Positions 56,205 through 64,000 of a DNA stretch of 64,000 nt are shown one piece after another. The translations under genes were made by a program, and so were the position numbers. This stretch comes from an uncultured Pseudomonadales bacterium (GTDB taxonomy: Bacteria; Patescibacteriota; Microgenomatia; UBA1400; PJMF01): NCBI GenBank assembly GCA_964620965.1, contig CAZUHV010000002.1, forward strand, positions 48,863-112,862, read 5' to 3'. The notes beneath the pieces are model-generated. The model was not told the DNA's origin and did no database searches. It was given only the letters and a program-made list of their open reading frames with translations. The first letter of the stretch is position 1. Every line of letters begins with the position of its first letter.

Positions 56205-57431
56205 ATGGGATACACCAAACATACGATTTCTGGTTTTAGTTGGCAGACAGTGCTTAAAGTCCTCACTATGGCTACAATACTGATTAAAACCTTTTTTCTT
56301 GCCAGAATCCTTACCCCTACCGACTTTGGACTTTTTGCGTTAATTGCGATTGCACTTGGCATTGCAGAAGCCACAACTGAAACAGGGGTTAACCTAACAA
56401 TCATTCAATCAAAACGATCTATCAAATACTTTATTGATACTGCTTGGGTAATTGCAATTATTCGAGGTTTCATCATTGGAATTATCATGGTGTTAATGGG
56501 TCTTATTATGAGTAAATTCTATAAAGAAGAATCATTAACCATTCTTGTTGCTATTGCAGCACTTGTTCCAATAGTAAAAGGATTTATCAATCCAAGTATT
56601 ATTTTGTTTCATAAAAACTTGGAATTTTTCAAAGATAGCGCGTTCAAATTTACAATTATCTTATTTGATGCAACTGTCGCCGTCATACTCGCACTCTTAT
56701 TTAAATCAGTCTCAGCATTGATTTTTGCTCTCATCTTAGGTGGTCTTTTTGAAGTACTGCTGAGTTTCTTGATATTCTCAGACAAACCAGTTTTTAACTA
56801 TATTCCAAGTAGAGCTAAGTTAATTTTTGCAAATGCTAAAGGCTTGACTATTTCAGCAGCACTTTCATATATCAACGAAAATATTGATGATTTTTTATTA
56901 GGAAAAATTATTGGAACCTTTTCTTTAGGGCTGTATCATAATGCATATAGTCTTGGTCACAAAACAAACTATGATTTTGCCAAGTCAGTAAATCATAGTA
57001 TTTTGCCTGTGTTCACAAAAATATCAGACGAAAAAAACAGGCTGAAAAAGGCATTTGTTAAATCACTTGTTGTGACTGCGCTCATTACTATTGGAGCTTC
57101 TATCCCACTGTTTATTGCTCCAAATCTCATTGTCTCGATTATTTTAGGCGAACAATGGCTCAGTATTGTTCCAAACCTGTACTTTTTTGTAATTGCAGGA
57201 ATTTTACAAAGTATTTCTATTATTTTTTATACTCTGTTTTATGTAAAGAAAAGATACTCAACTGTGAATTTTCACTTGCTTGTAACAATTGTAACTTTGG
57301 TTACATTGCTTTTATTATTACCTGCAAAATATGGTCTACAAGGTGCAGGAGTTGCCCTAGTTACTAGCAGATTGGTGAGCTTACCATTCCTGTTTTATCA
57401 AGCAATTATGTTATTTAAAAAATCTGAATAA
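56205..57431 (+). CDS. Wzx-like oligosaccharide flippase (polysaccharide biosynthesis protein, MOP superfamily)
   Basis: 12-14 TM helices and an N-terminal LIKTFFLARILTPTDFGLFALIAIALG typical of PST-family flippases. In-frame GTG at 56190 possible, ATG at 56205. Confidence 0.6.
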   Translation: MGYTKHTISGFSWQTVLKVLTMATILIKTFFLARILTPTDFGLFALIAIALGIAEATTETGVNLTIIQSKRSIKYFIDTAWVIAIIRGFIIGIIMVLMGLIMSKFYKEESLTILVAIAALVPIVKGFINPSIILFHKNLEFFKDSAFKFTIILFDATVAVILALLFKSVSALIFALILGGLFEVLLSFLIFSDKPVFNYIPSRAKLIFANAKGLTISAALSYINENIDDFLLGKIIGTFSLGLYHNAYSLGHKTNYDFAKSVNHSILPVFTKISDEKNRLKKAFVKSLVVTALITIGASIPLFIAPNLIVSIILGEQWLSIVPNLYFFVIAGILQSISIIFYTLFYVKKRYSTVNFHLLVTIVTLVTLLLLLPAKYGLQGAGVALVTSRLVSLPFLFYQAIMLFKKSE

Positions 57432-58174
57432 TGCCAATCAAAAATACAACTACCATAATTCTAACAAATCGTAATGACCAACGATTTCTTAATGCTTTGC
57501 AATCTGCGCAAATTACAGCATCCTGCATAGTTATAGACAATAATAGCCAAAATGAATGGGAAAAGTTAAGAAAAGAATTTAATTTTAAACTCATAAAGTA
57601 TCCTGAAAAAATAGCTGATTTTTCCAAAATAAAAAATACTGCTCTGGAAGAAGTAAAAACAGAATGGGTATTATTTTTAGATAGCGATGAGGTACTCTCT
57701 AAAAATGCTGAAGAATGTATTGAAAATGTAGTACAACAAAATCTTTTTGATGCAGTTAGCATAAAAAGGGTAGATTATTTTTTAGGTAAACCATTGTTAT
57801 ATGGAGAGGCTGGCTCAATGCCACTGATTCGATTATTTAAAACTAGCAAAGGAAAATTCAGAAGAAATATTCATGAAGTTGTTGAAACACAAGGTAAAAT
57901 TGGAGAAGCTGATTTTCAAATTTTACATTTTTCACATGAGTCAATCAAAAGTTTCCTAGAAAAAATAACTCTTTATTCACAAATTGAATCAAAAAATAAA
58001 AAAATATCAAAAAATGAAACAATTTTTCAAATGATTTTTTTTCCAATCGGAAAATTTATTTTAAATTATTTTTTGAAATTTGGATTTTTAGATGGATTTA
58101 GAGGACTAATATACGCAATAATTATGAGCTTGCACTCGTTTTTTGTTCGAATTTTTTATTATGAAAACCTTTAG
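57431..58174 (+). CDS. glycosyltransferase family 2
   Basis: TTIILTNRND...IVIDNNS, DSDE motif. C-terminal amphipathic/hydrophobic segment. Confidence 0.65.
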   Translation: MPIKNTTTIILTNRNDQRFLNALQSAQITASCIVIDNNSQNEWEKLRKEFNFKLIKYPEKIADFSKIKNTALEEVKTEWVLFLDSDEVLSKNAEECIENVVQQNLFDAVSIKRVDYFLGKPLLYGEAGSMPLIRLFKTSKGKFRRNIHEVVETQGKIGEADFQILHFSHESIKSFLEKITLYSQIESKNKKISKNETIFQMIFFPIGKFILNYFLKFGFLDGFRGLIYAIIMSLHSFFVRIFYYENL

Positions 58175-59360
58175 AAAAATAGCACTTTGGATTTTTGTTG
58201 CACTTTTAAGTCTAGGACAACTTCAAAGAATTGAGTTAGCAAACACCCCAACTGCAATTTATTTTCACGATGTTTTTATTATTTTTTGGATTTTTCACAT
58301 TTTTTTCACAAATCCTATAGCATTTGGCGAATATATTTTAGAATATTTTAAAAATAATAAAAAAATACAAATATTTATTTATATTACCGCTTTTTCTCTA
58401 ATTATTAATTTATTGCAAAATTTTGACAATATTTTAATTTTATATATCTGCAGATTAATAACATATGTACTATTTGGATTTTCACTAGCATTCTTAATTA
58501 AAGAAAAAAATATAGATTTGGAATATTTTAAATTTCAGATATTTTCTGTCGGATTATTCAGTTTATTTTTAGGTTTCTTACAATTCATCTTTATTAAAGA
58601 CACCAGATTTTTGGCGATTTTGGGATGGGATGATCACTATGCAAGATTAATTGGCCCATACTTTGATCCGGGATTTACCGGAATTATTTTTTTAATAACA
58701 CTTCTAGTTGGTTTAAGTAGTGAATATTTAAAAAATAAAAAATTACAACTATTTTTAATATTATTTTTTATTTGGGGAATAATATTAACATTCTCTCGAG
58801 CTAGTTACTTAGCAACTATTACAAGTTTTGCAACTTTTTTTCTTGTGAAAATAAAAAATCTCAAAAACCCAATTCTGTTTAAAAAAATTGGTGTTGGGAC
58901 ATTAGTATTTTTTCTTATGATACTACTTGCACCAAAACCATGGGGAGAAGGAGTGAATCTCTTAAGGACTTCAACTATTACTGCCAGAATTTCTGCAGTT
59001 ACACAACAAATACAAGAACTCAGCTTCAAAACAGTAGTTATTGGAAACGGGTTATTTTCTGAAAAAAATAGCCTTACTTACTCTATAAAGAATAATTCTG
59101 AAGTCAATATTCCAAGTCATTCAAGAGTCCCAGATAATATTTTCCTTAATATTTTTCTTTCAACCGGAATAGTTGGATTAATAATCTTTATTATTTTATT
59201 AAATGATTGGGGAAAAGCATTTCTTAAAAGAAATATTTATTTATTTGCAATTTTTGTTGGACTTTTAATACATACACAATTTAGCAACTCAGTCTTGCAA
59301 CCATTTGTTCTGCTACTATTTTTATCGGCACTATCTGTTCTACAAAAACCTACAAACTAA
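58143..59360 (+). CDS. O-antigen ligase/polymerase-like (Wzy) membrane protein
   Basis: About 11 TM helices. FSRASYLATI motif and a periplasmic loop. Confidence 0.5.
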   Translation: MFEFFIMKTFRKIALWIFVALLSLGQLQRIELANTPTAIYFHDVFIIFWIFHIFFTNPIAFGEYILEYFKNNKKIQIFIYITAFSLIINLLQNFDNILILYICRLITYVLFGFSLAFLIKEKNIDLEYFKFQIFSVGLFSLFLGFLQFIFIKDTRFLAILGWDDHYARLIGPYFDPGFTGIIFLITLLVGLSSEYLKNKKLQLFLILFFIWGIILTFSRASYLATITSFATFFLVKIKNLKNPILFKKIGVGTLVFFLMILLAPKPWGEGVNLLRTSTITARISAVTQQIQELSFKTVVIGNGLFSEKNSLTYSIKNNSEVNIPSHSRVPDNIFLNIFLSTGIVGLIIFIILLNDWGKAFLKRNIYLFAIFVGLLIHTQFSNSVLQPFVLLLFLSALSVLQKPTN

Positions 59361-60135
59361 AAGAGTAGGTAAGCTCAACTTTATTTTGATTTCCAGCTTT
59401 ATCTATAGCTTTAATCTCAATTTTATTTTCACCTTCTTCTAAATGATAGGTGTAACTAAATGTCCCGTCTTCCTTTGGAAAAACAACTCTTTCATTGATA
59501 TAGATTTTTGTGCCAACTTCATCTTTATCCGTATTACCTTTTATAGTAACAGACTGATTGGTTCTAGTTTCAAAGCTTGCACCATCTTCTGGTTCAATAT
59601 TTTCTATAGTTGGTGGTTTTGAATCAAAAAGAGTAGTGTAATCCTTTGTTGATGCCGACTCATTTTCTGCTTCATCAACACTATATGCATTTATTTTATT
59701 TTCACCTTGTTCTAAAGTTATTGGAACTTCAAATGAACCATCTTCACTTATCGTAACTTTATCTTGTTTGGAACCATTAATCACAAAGATAACAAAGCTC
59801 TCTGGCTCTCCATATCCGGATATTTTTAATTCAGCACTATTTGTTGCAGTCACTGGAGCAGATAAAATTGGAATTTGAGGCGGAATATCGTCAGTTTCTT
59901 GAAATGGAGTAGAGGAATCCAAAAAATTAGTCACAAAGTTAATAAAATTAGGAATTACAACAAAAATAAAAGTGAAAAAAATAACTACTGCCACACCAAT
60001 CATAACTACTGATTGTGAAAGTACCTTCTTTTTTTCTTTTCTAACTCTTCTTGAAGAAACTGGAGAATAACTCATAGTGGATCTCTCATTTTGTCTTCTA
60101 CTTTGAATTCTGCTTAATCTAGACATAACTGCCAA
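59350..60135 (-). CDS. bitopic membrane protein with a long basic N-terminal tail and two tandem Ig-like repeats
   Basis: RRQNERS...RRVRKEKKK cytoplasmic tail, one TM helix, then two ~70-aa repeats (DKVTISEDGSFEVPITLEQGENKINAYSVDEAEN / ERVVFPKEDGTFSYTYHLEEGENKIEIKAIDKAGN). Confidence 0.5.
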   Translation of the reverse strand: MAVMSRLSRIQSRRQNERSTMSYSPVSSRRVRKEKKKVLSQSVVMIGVAVVIFFTFIFVVIPNFINFVTNFLDSSTPFQETDDIPPQIPILSAPVTATNSAELKISGYGEPESFVIFVINGSKQDKVTISEDGSFEVPITLEQGENKINAYSVDEAENESASTKDYTTLFDSKPPTIENIEPEDGASFETRTNQSVTIKGNTDKDEVGTKIYINERVVFPKEDGTFSYTYHLEEGENKIEIKAIDKAGNQNKVELTYSFSL

Positions 60136-60190
60136 TAAGTATACAGTACTAACACTTTTGAGTGCAAGTTAGATACTTGAGAGTAAACTG

Positions 60191-60263
60191 AGCCGAAGGT
60201 GGGATTCGAACCCACGACCTATGGTTTACGATACCAGTGCTCTACCAGCTGAGCTACTTCGGC
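60191..60263 (-). tRNA. tRNA-Thr (anticodon CGU)
   Basis: Manual fold of the reverse complement: GCCGAAG acceptor, D arm GCTC-AGCTGGTA-GAGC, anticodon loop ATCGTAA (27:43 C·U mismatch), T arm GTGGG-TTCGAAT-CCCAC, discriminator U. Confidence 0.75.
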
Positions 60264-60740
60264 AACAAACAAAATAATATTCTATAAATGCAAAACAGTA
60301 TAGTGATTTTAACACAGAAGATAAAAAAATTGGGGCCCTTGCTCTTTCGAGTAGGTACCCCTTAATCCAGGAACTTTACGAAACCCGTCAGAGTTTTTTA
60401 TTCAACAATGACGAGGTAGGTGTGCCACTCTTGACACACCGAACACCATACGATCAATACGTAAATGGTCATCGGTTCACCTTTGATTGCTGCTTGGATT
60501 TATGCCCAAAGGCGGCATAGACAGCAATTCTAATATCACAAAAACATATGAACTTAGAATTGCTGCCTACTGTATCAACAAAGTGAAAAAATAATTGTAA
60601 AGTGCCTGAACTATTTTATAGTTCAATATAGAATTGGAGCCAAGCATTTTGGCAACTTTCTATACCAAATTATATTAGATTATATCATAATGTTAATTAT
60701 CTGTCAATATTATGGGATTAAAAATTTTAATGACTTATAC

Positions 60741-60769
60741 TTGACTTTTTGATAAAAATATCCTATAAT
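60741..60769 (+). promoter_or_regulatory. near-consensus sigma70 promoter (TTGACT-N17-TATAAT)
   Basis: Exact TTGACT at 60741-60746, 17-nt spacer, TATAAT at 60764-60769. A GGAGA SD sits 8 nt before the GTG at 60844. Confidence 0.65.
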
Positions 60770-60843
60770 ATATATTGTGAATATCAATTTTTTGATATTC
60801 GCATTTGCACCTTCAAATGTAACATACTGCAGGAGACAATGTC

Positions 60844-61359
60844 GTGAAACTGTTGACATCAGAAAAGTACTTTTTGTACTCCGTAGTTGTTTCTATCTTT
60901 GCGATAGTCATCAACTACACCCAAGGTTGGGATTTTACTCAACTTTGGTTCAAGTCTCCATTTACCACTGGTCTTGCATCAGTGGTTGGGTTTGTAATTC
61001 CAGCAGGAATTGCACTCAAAACTGTCAAAAAAGACAGTAAGGCAGGTAACTCAACTAAGATGCATCTTTTTAAGATGTCCATCTTTGAGGAACATATCTT
61101 TAGACTTGCGGCCGTTGTCGCAATTCAGATACTGCTTTCCTTAGAGTTACAGGCAGTAGAAATAGGAGTTGGAATCGCATTAATTGGACTGATTCAAACA
61201 GTATTGTTTATGGCAATACATCACAGAATCAGCATCATGCATGTGATTTATCCACTTTGCGTATGGCTTCCACTGGCTTGGTATGGAGGGTTGATTGCGG
61301 CTGTAATCAGCCACATATCAGCAAATCTCTTACCAAGACTATTGGTGGAAGGAGACTAA
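60844..61359 (+). CDS. CPBP family intramembrane glutamic endopeptidase (CAAX protease / Abi)
   Basis: Motif 1 EEHIFR, motif 2 FMAIHH, motif 3 HISANLL in TM helices. GTG start. Confidence 0.65.
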   Translation: MKLLTSEKYFLYSVVVSIFAIVINYTQGWDFTQLWFKSPFTTGLASVVGFVIPAGIALKTVKKDSKAGNSTKMHLFKMSIFEEHIFRLAAVVAIQILLSLELQAVEIGVGIALIGLIQTVLFMAIHHRISIMHVIYPLCVWLPLAWYGGLIAAVISHISANLLPRLLVEGD

Positions 61360-61375
61360 TTGGAAGGTTAATATA

Positions 61376-61404
61376 GCCCAGTCGGAAACGACTGGGCTTT
61401 TTTT
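61376..61404 (+). terminator. intrinsic terminator
   Basis: GCCCAGTCG-gaaa-CGACTGGGC 9-bp stem followed by T7. Confidence 0.7.
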
Positions 61405-61466
61405 GTTCCAAAAAAAACGCATCTCTGCGCCTTAATAAAAAATTAAATCCAAAATAAAACTTCTTG

Positions 61467-61539
61467 CGAGCCCGAACGGAATCGAACCGTCGATCTTCTC
61501 CGTGACAGGGAGACATGTTAACCGCTACACCACGGGCCC
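61467..61539 (-). tRNA. tRNA-Asp (anticodon GUC)
   Basis: Manual fold of the reverse complement: GGGCCCG acceptor, anticodon arm TCTCC-CTGTCAC-GGAGA, T arm GACGG-TTCGATT-CCGTT, discriminator G. Confidence 0.75.
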
Positions 61540-61655
61540 AACAATTAAATAAATCTTTTTTCAAAGAACAAAGGGAATTATACCCTAATAGACCTAGTTT
61601 TGCCAATAGTTATGTAGTATAGTACATACTAAGTAATTAAAGGAGACAGATACAT

Positions 61656-62243
61656 ATGAATATTTTCCTAATTTTAGTCGTTGTTGGCGTTGCAATTGCT
61701 GCCTATGTTATTGGTATTTACAACACACTACAAAGACTTAAAACCCAAATCAAGGCAAGCATTCAAGAAATTGGAAATCAATTAAAACGTCAGGCTTCCT
61801 TAATTCCTAACCTCGAGGCATCAGTCAAAGGAATGATGAAGCAAGAAAAAGGTATTTTCAAAATGCTTACCGATGCAAGAAAATCTATTGCAACTGCTCA
61901 AGAAACTCAAAAAGCAACAGATATCGAAGCCGCAATTGAACAAATCCAATCAATTGTTCCTCAGATTTCAATTGCTGTTGAAGATAATCCAGAACTCAAA
62001 AGCGATGCAACTGTTACAAAACTAATGAATGAACTCACAGATACTGCAGACAAACTCATGTATGCAAGACGAGCAGTTATTGATCTTTCACAAAACTTTA
62101 ATGAAAAACTAGTCACCTTCCCATCCAATATTGTTGCTGGAATCTTTGGATTTAAGGAAGAAAAAGGAATTGTAACTGCAATGACTGGTTCTCATGTCGA
62201 AGTTTCTGATGCAGACACAAAGGATGTTACAGTAGATCTCTAA
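61656..62243 (+). CDS. lemA: LemA family protein
   Basis: N-terminal TM helix plus NTLQRL...QASLIPNLEASVKG...LTDARKSI, conserved LemA motifs. Confidence 0.8.
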   Translation: MNIFLILVVVGVAIAAYVIGIYNTLQRLKTQIKASIQEIGNQLKRQASLIPNLEASVKGMMKQEKGIFKMLTDARKSIATAQETQKATDIEAAIEQIQSIVPQISIAVEDNPELKSDATVTKLMNELTDTADKLMYARRAVIDLSQNFNEKLVTFPSNIVAGIFGFKEEKGIVTAMTGSHVEVSDADTKDVTVDL

Positions 62244-62245
62244 AC

Positions 62246-63139
62246 ATGACACATTACGAGCTTGTTTCAAGCAATAAACAGAAATCTGGCATTGTTGTTG
62301 CATTGTTTATAGCATTTATTGCTTTTGCGACCTATGTTATGGCAATTGGGTTTGACTATCCCCTCAGTATTGTCGGAGTAGCATTTATTTTTTCAGGAAT
62401 CGCATCATTTGGATCATATTGGTATTCAGACAAAATTATTTTAGGAATTTCTGGAGCAAAAGAAGCAAACAGAACAGAATACTTTGATTTTTACACAATT
62501 GCAGAAAATTTAGCTGCATCTAAAAGGCTTCCAAAACCAAAGCTTTATGTCATCGAAGACTCCGCACCAAATGCATTCGCAACTGGAAGAGACCCAGAAC
62601 ATGCAGTCATTTGTTGTACAACGGGTATCTTACAAAAACTCAATAGGGCTGAACTAGAAGGCGTAATCGCACACGAACTTTCTCATATTGATAACTATGA
62701 CATCCGTTTAATGAGCATCGTAACAATCTTGGTTGGATTTGTGGCACTCCTTTCCGACTTTATTTTAAGAAGTACATTCTTGGGTGGTAAAAAAAATGAG
62801 AGAGAAAGCAGCCAATTACAGACAATTTTATTAATTGCTGGCATTATAATGGCAATACTTTCACCTATTATTGCTAAACTAATTCAATTAGCCATTTCTA
62901 GAAAAAGAGAATTCTTAGCAGACTCAAGTGCTGTTGCGATGACTAAAAACCCAGAAGGGCTAGCCCGTGCACTGGAAAAAATTTCTATGGATAGAGAACC
63001 ACTCGAAGCTGCAAATAATGCTACAGCTCATCTATATATTGCAAATCCACTCAAAAACACAAAGGGTCACCTTTTTTCTGGGCTTTTTATGACTCATCCA
63101 CCTGTAGAAGAACGTATCAAAGCCCTTCGAAGTTTATAA
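62246..63139 (+). CDS. htpX: M48-family zinc metalloprotease HtpX
   Basis: HELSHIDNYD (HExxH) plus 4 TM. Adjacent to lemA, a common pairing. Confidence 0.85.
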   Translation: MTHYELVSSNKQKSGIVVALFIAFIAFATYVMAIGFDYPLSIVGVAFIFSGIASFGSYWYSDKIILGISGAKEANRTEYFDFYTIAENLAASKRLPKPKLYVIEDSAPNAFATGRDPEHAVICCTTGILQKLNRAELEGVIAHELSHIDNYDIRLMSIVTILVGFVALLSDFILRSTFLGGKKNERESSQLQTILLIAGIIMAILSPIIAKLIQLAISRKREFLADSSAVAMTKNPEGLARALEKISMDREPLEAANNATAHLYIANPLKNTKGHLFSGLFMTHPPVEERIKALRSL

Positions 63140-63274
63140 TTTGCTTTTCAACTATAAAATCTGTGATATACTAACAACTGTATGATTCATACAAATACTT
63201 TTGCACAAGCACAAAATCAACAACAAAACATGTTGTAATTTTCGTGGCAAGTGATAAGTATAAAAATCTAGATT

Positions 63275-63298
63275 GCGAGCCACAAGCTCGCTTTTTTT
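63275..63298 (+). terminator. intrinsic terminator after htpX
   Basis: GCGAGC-cacaa-GCTCGC followed by T7. Confidence 0.6.
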
Positions 63299-63485
63299 AT
63301 TATTTTGGACCCGATCTTTTTCATCAAAAAAAGTCGAAGGTACAAAAAATGCAAGGCTCAGGCCCTCTCTTTTTGCAAAGCAAAAAGGAGCTGGCATGAA
63401 AGATGCAACTTGAATGAAATTCAAGTTGCAAAAAAGCCAAAAACTAAAAACCAAAAAAGGTATAAATTAGGTACAATATACACAC

Positions 63486-63797
63486 ATGAAAAATAAACAA
63501 ACTATAACAAAAGCACAAATTAAACACATCGCAAACTTGGCAAACATTCCTGTTTCCAATAGTGAACAAGAAAACCTTAAAAATGCTTTTGAAGAAACTC
63601 TAGAGACTATTTCCGAACTGCAATCAGTTGATGTCACCAATGTTGAGCCAACTCATCAGGTAACCGGTCTCACAAATGTGCTTCGGGAAGATACTGTCGA
63701 TGAAGACCACATGTTCACTCAAGAAGAAGCTTTGGCAAATGCTCCACAAACACATAATGGCTATATAGTAGTACCTAGAATTATCGAAGAAAAATAA
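63486..63797 (+). CDS. gatC: Asp-tRNA(Asn)/Glu-tRNA(Gln) amidotransferase subunit C
   Basis: ITKAQIKHIANLANIPVSNSEQENL...VDVTNVEPT GatC signature. About 100 aa. Confidence 0.75.
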   Translation: MKNKQTITKAQIKHIANLANIPVSNSEQENLKNAFEETLETISELQSVDVTNVEPTHQVTGLTNVLREDTVDEDHMFTQEEALANAPQTHNGYIVVPRIIEEK

Positions 63798-64000
63798 AAT
63801 GAAAAATACACTCACACTCAAACAGGCAATTGATAAGCTCAAAGCAAAGGAGCTAACCCACGAAGAACTATATAAAGATCTTGATGCAGTTGTTGCCGTT
63901 GAAAATAAAAAACTAAATGTTTACTTAACTCTAGACAAAGAAGCAGAAAAAAAATCTGGACACCTCCTAGATACTCCTCTTGCTGGCGTTCCTATTGCAG
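63797..64000 (+). CDS. gatA: Asp-tRNA(Asn)/Glu-tRNA(Gln) amidotransferase subunit A (5' partial; continues beyond the window)
   Basis: MKNTLTLKQAIDKLKAKELT...LDTPLAGVPIA amidase N-terminus. ATGA overlap with the gatC stop. Confidence 0.7.

Noticed and set aside
60332-60700. tmRNA (ssrA) on the + strand starting at GGGGCCC (60332)
   Set aside because: The 5' consensus resembles tmRNA only loosely, and no tRNA-like T-arm/acceptor 3' domain (GGTTCGAnTCC...CCA) is present within 450 nt downstream. No convincing tag reading frame ending in ...AA-stop was found. Kept only as an unclassified ncRNA candidate.
60777-61040. 87-aa + strand ORF overlapping the CPBP protease gene
   Set aside because: It is in a different frame from the motif-bearing CPBP ORF (60844-61359). 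Cys/Arg-rich, no SD, begins at the predicted TSS.
63152-63454. 100-aa - strand ORF in the htpX-gatC intergenic region
   Set aside because: It spans the htpX terminator and the two palindromes. Phe/Leu-rich low-complexity translation. It more likely represents non-coding regulatory DNA.
1-64000. Alternative genetic code (UGA=Gly, code 25, as in some CPR lineages)
   Set aside because: Long housekeeping ORFs (ileS 949 aa, the 1031-aa protease, ftsZ, murA) are uninterrupted under the standard code, and their ends coincide with terminators or next-gene starts. Nothing needs UGA readthrough.
1-64000. CRISPR arrays, IS elements, integrases, prophage
   Set aside because: No short regularly spaced direct repeats were seen. 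No ORF has transposase, integrase or recombinase motifs, including next to the three tRNA genes. The only long repeat is the 85-bp paralog-derived duplication.

Overview
This is a 64 kb, low-GC, very gene-dense window, with most genes on the + strand and frequent ATGA/4-nt start-stop overlaps. That fits a small, streamlined bacterial genome. A CPR/Patescibacteria-like origin is my inference only; a standard genetic code is indicated, since long housekeeping ORFs are uninterrupted.

Content, from the sequence:
- **Three envelope-glycan loci.** 0.4-7.8 kb holds an LbH acetyltransferase, 2x GT2, a GT4, a Wzy-like protein and a GT-C ArnT/PMT-like enzyme. 15.1-21.1 kb holds 2x GT4, manC, a polyprenyl-P sugar phosphotransferase and a large membrane-anchored protein. 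56.2-59.4 kb holds a Wzx-like flippase, a GT2 and a Wzy-like protein.
- **Accessory island (7.9-15.0 kb).** It starts with a ~1030-aa secreted trypsin-like (S1) protease carrying beta/gamma-crystallin-like and 3 FN3 domains. The rest is an AT-rich array of paralogous signal-anchored proteins: 2 intact, 1 interrupted by an in-frame TAG, 1 5' fragment. Two paralogous polytopic membrane proteins sit on the opposite strand.
- **Division/cell-wall (dcw) cluster (27.9-44.3 kb).** Order is mraZ-rsmH-ftsL-ftsI-murE-(yvcK-like)-murC-murB-murA-mraY-ftsW-murG-ftsQ-like-ftsA-ftsZ. murF lies apart at 22.6 kb next to recO.
- **Housekeeping genes.** glyQS and ileS, each preceded by a T-box leader; galU; a purine nucleoside phosphorylase; DedA; a dCMP-deaminase-like gene; an MFS transporter; rodA; rplU and rpmA separated by a THUMP-like methyltransferase; parB with no adjacent parA; lepB; a CPBP intramembrane protease; lemA-htpX; gatC and the start of gatA.
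- **tRNAs.** Three: Gly-CCC (+), Thr-CGU (-), Asp-GUC (-).
- **Unassigned region.** A ~350-bp GC-richer segment with several hairpins (60.27-60.64 kb) has no ORF and may be an ncRNA.

No CRISPR array, transposase or integrase was seen.
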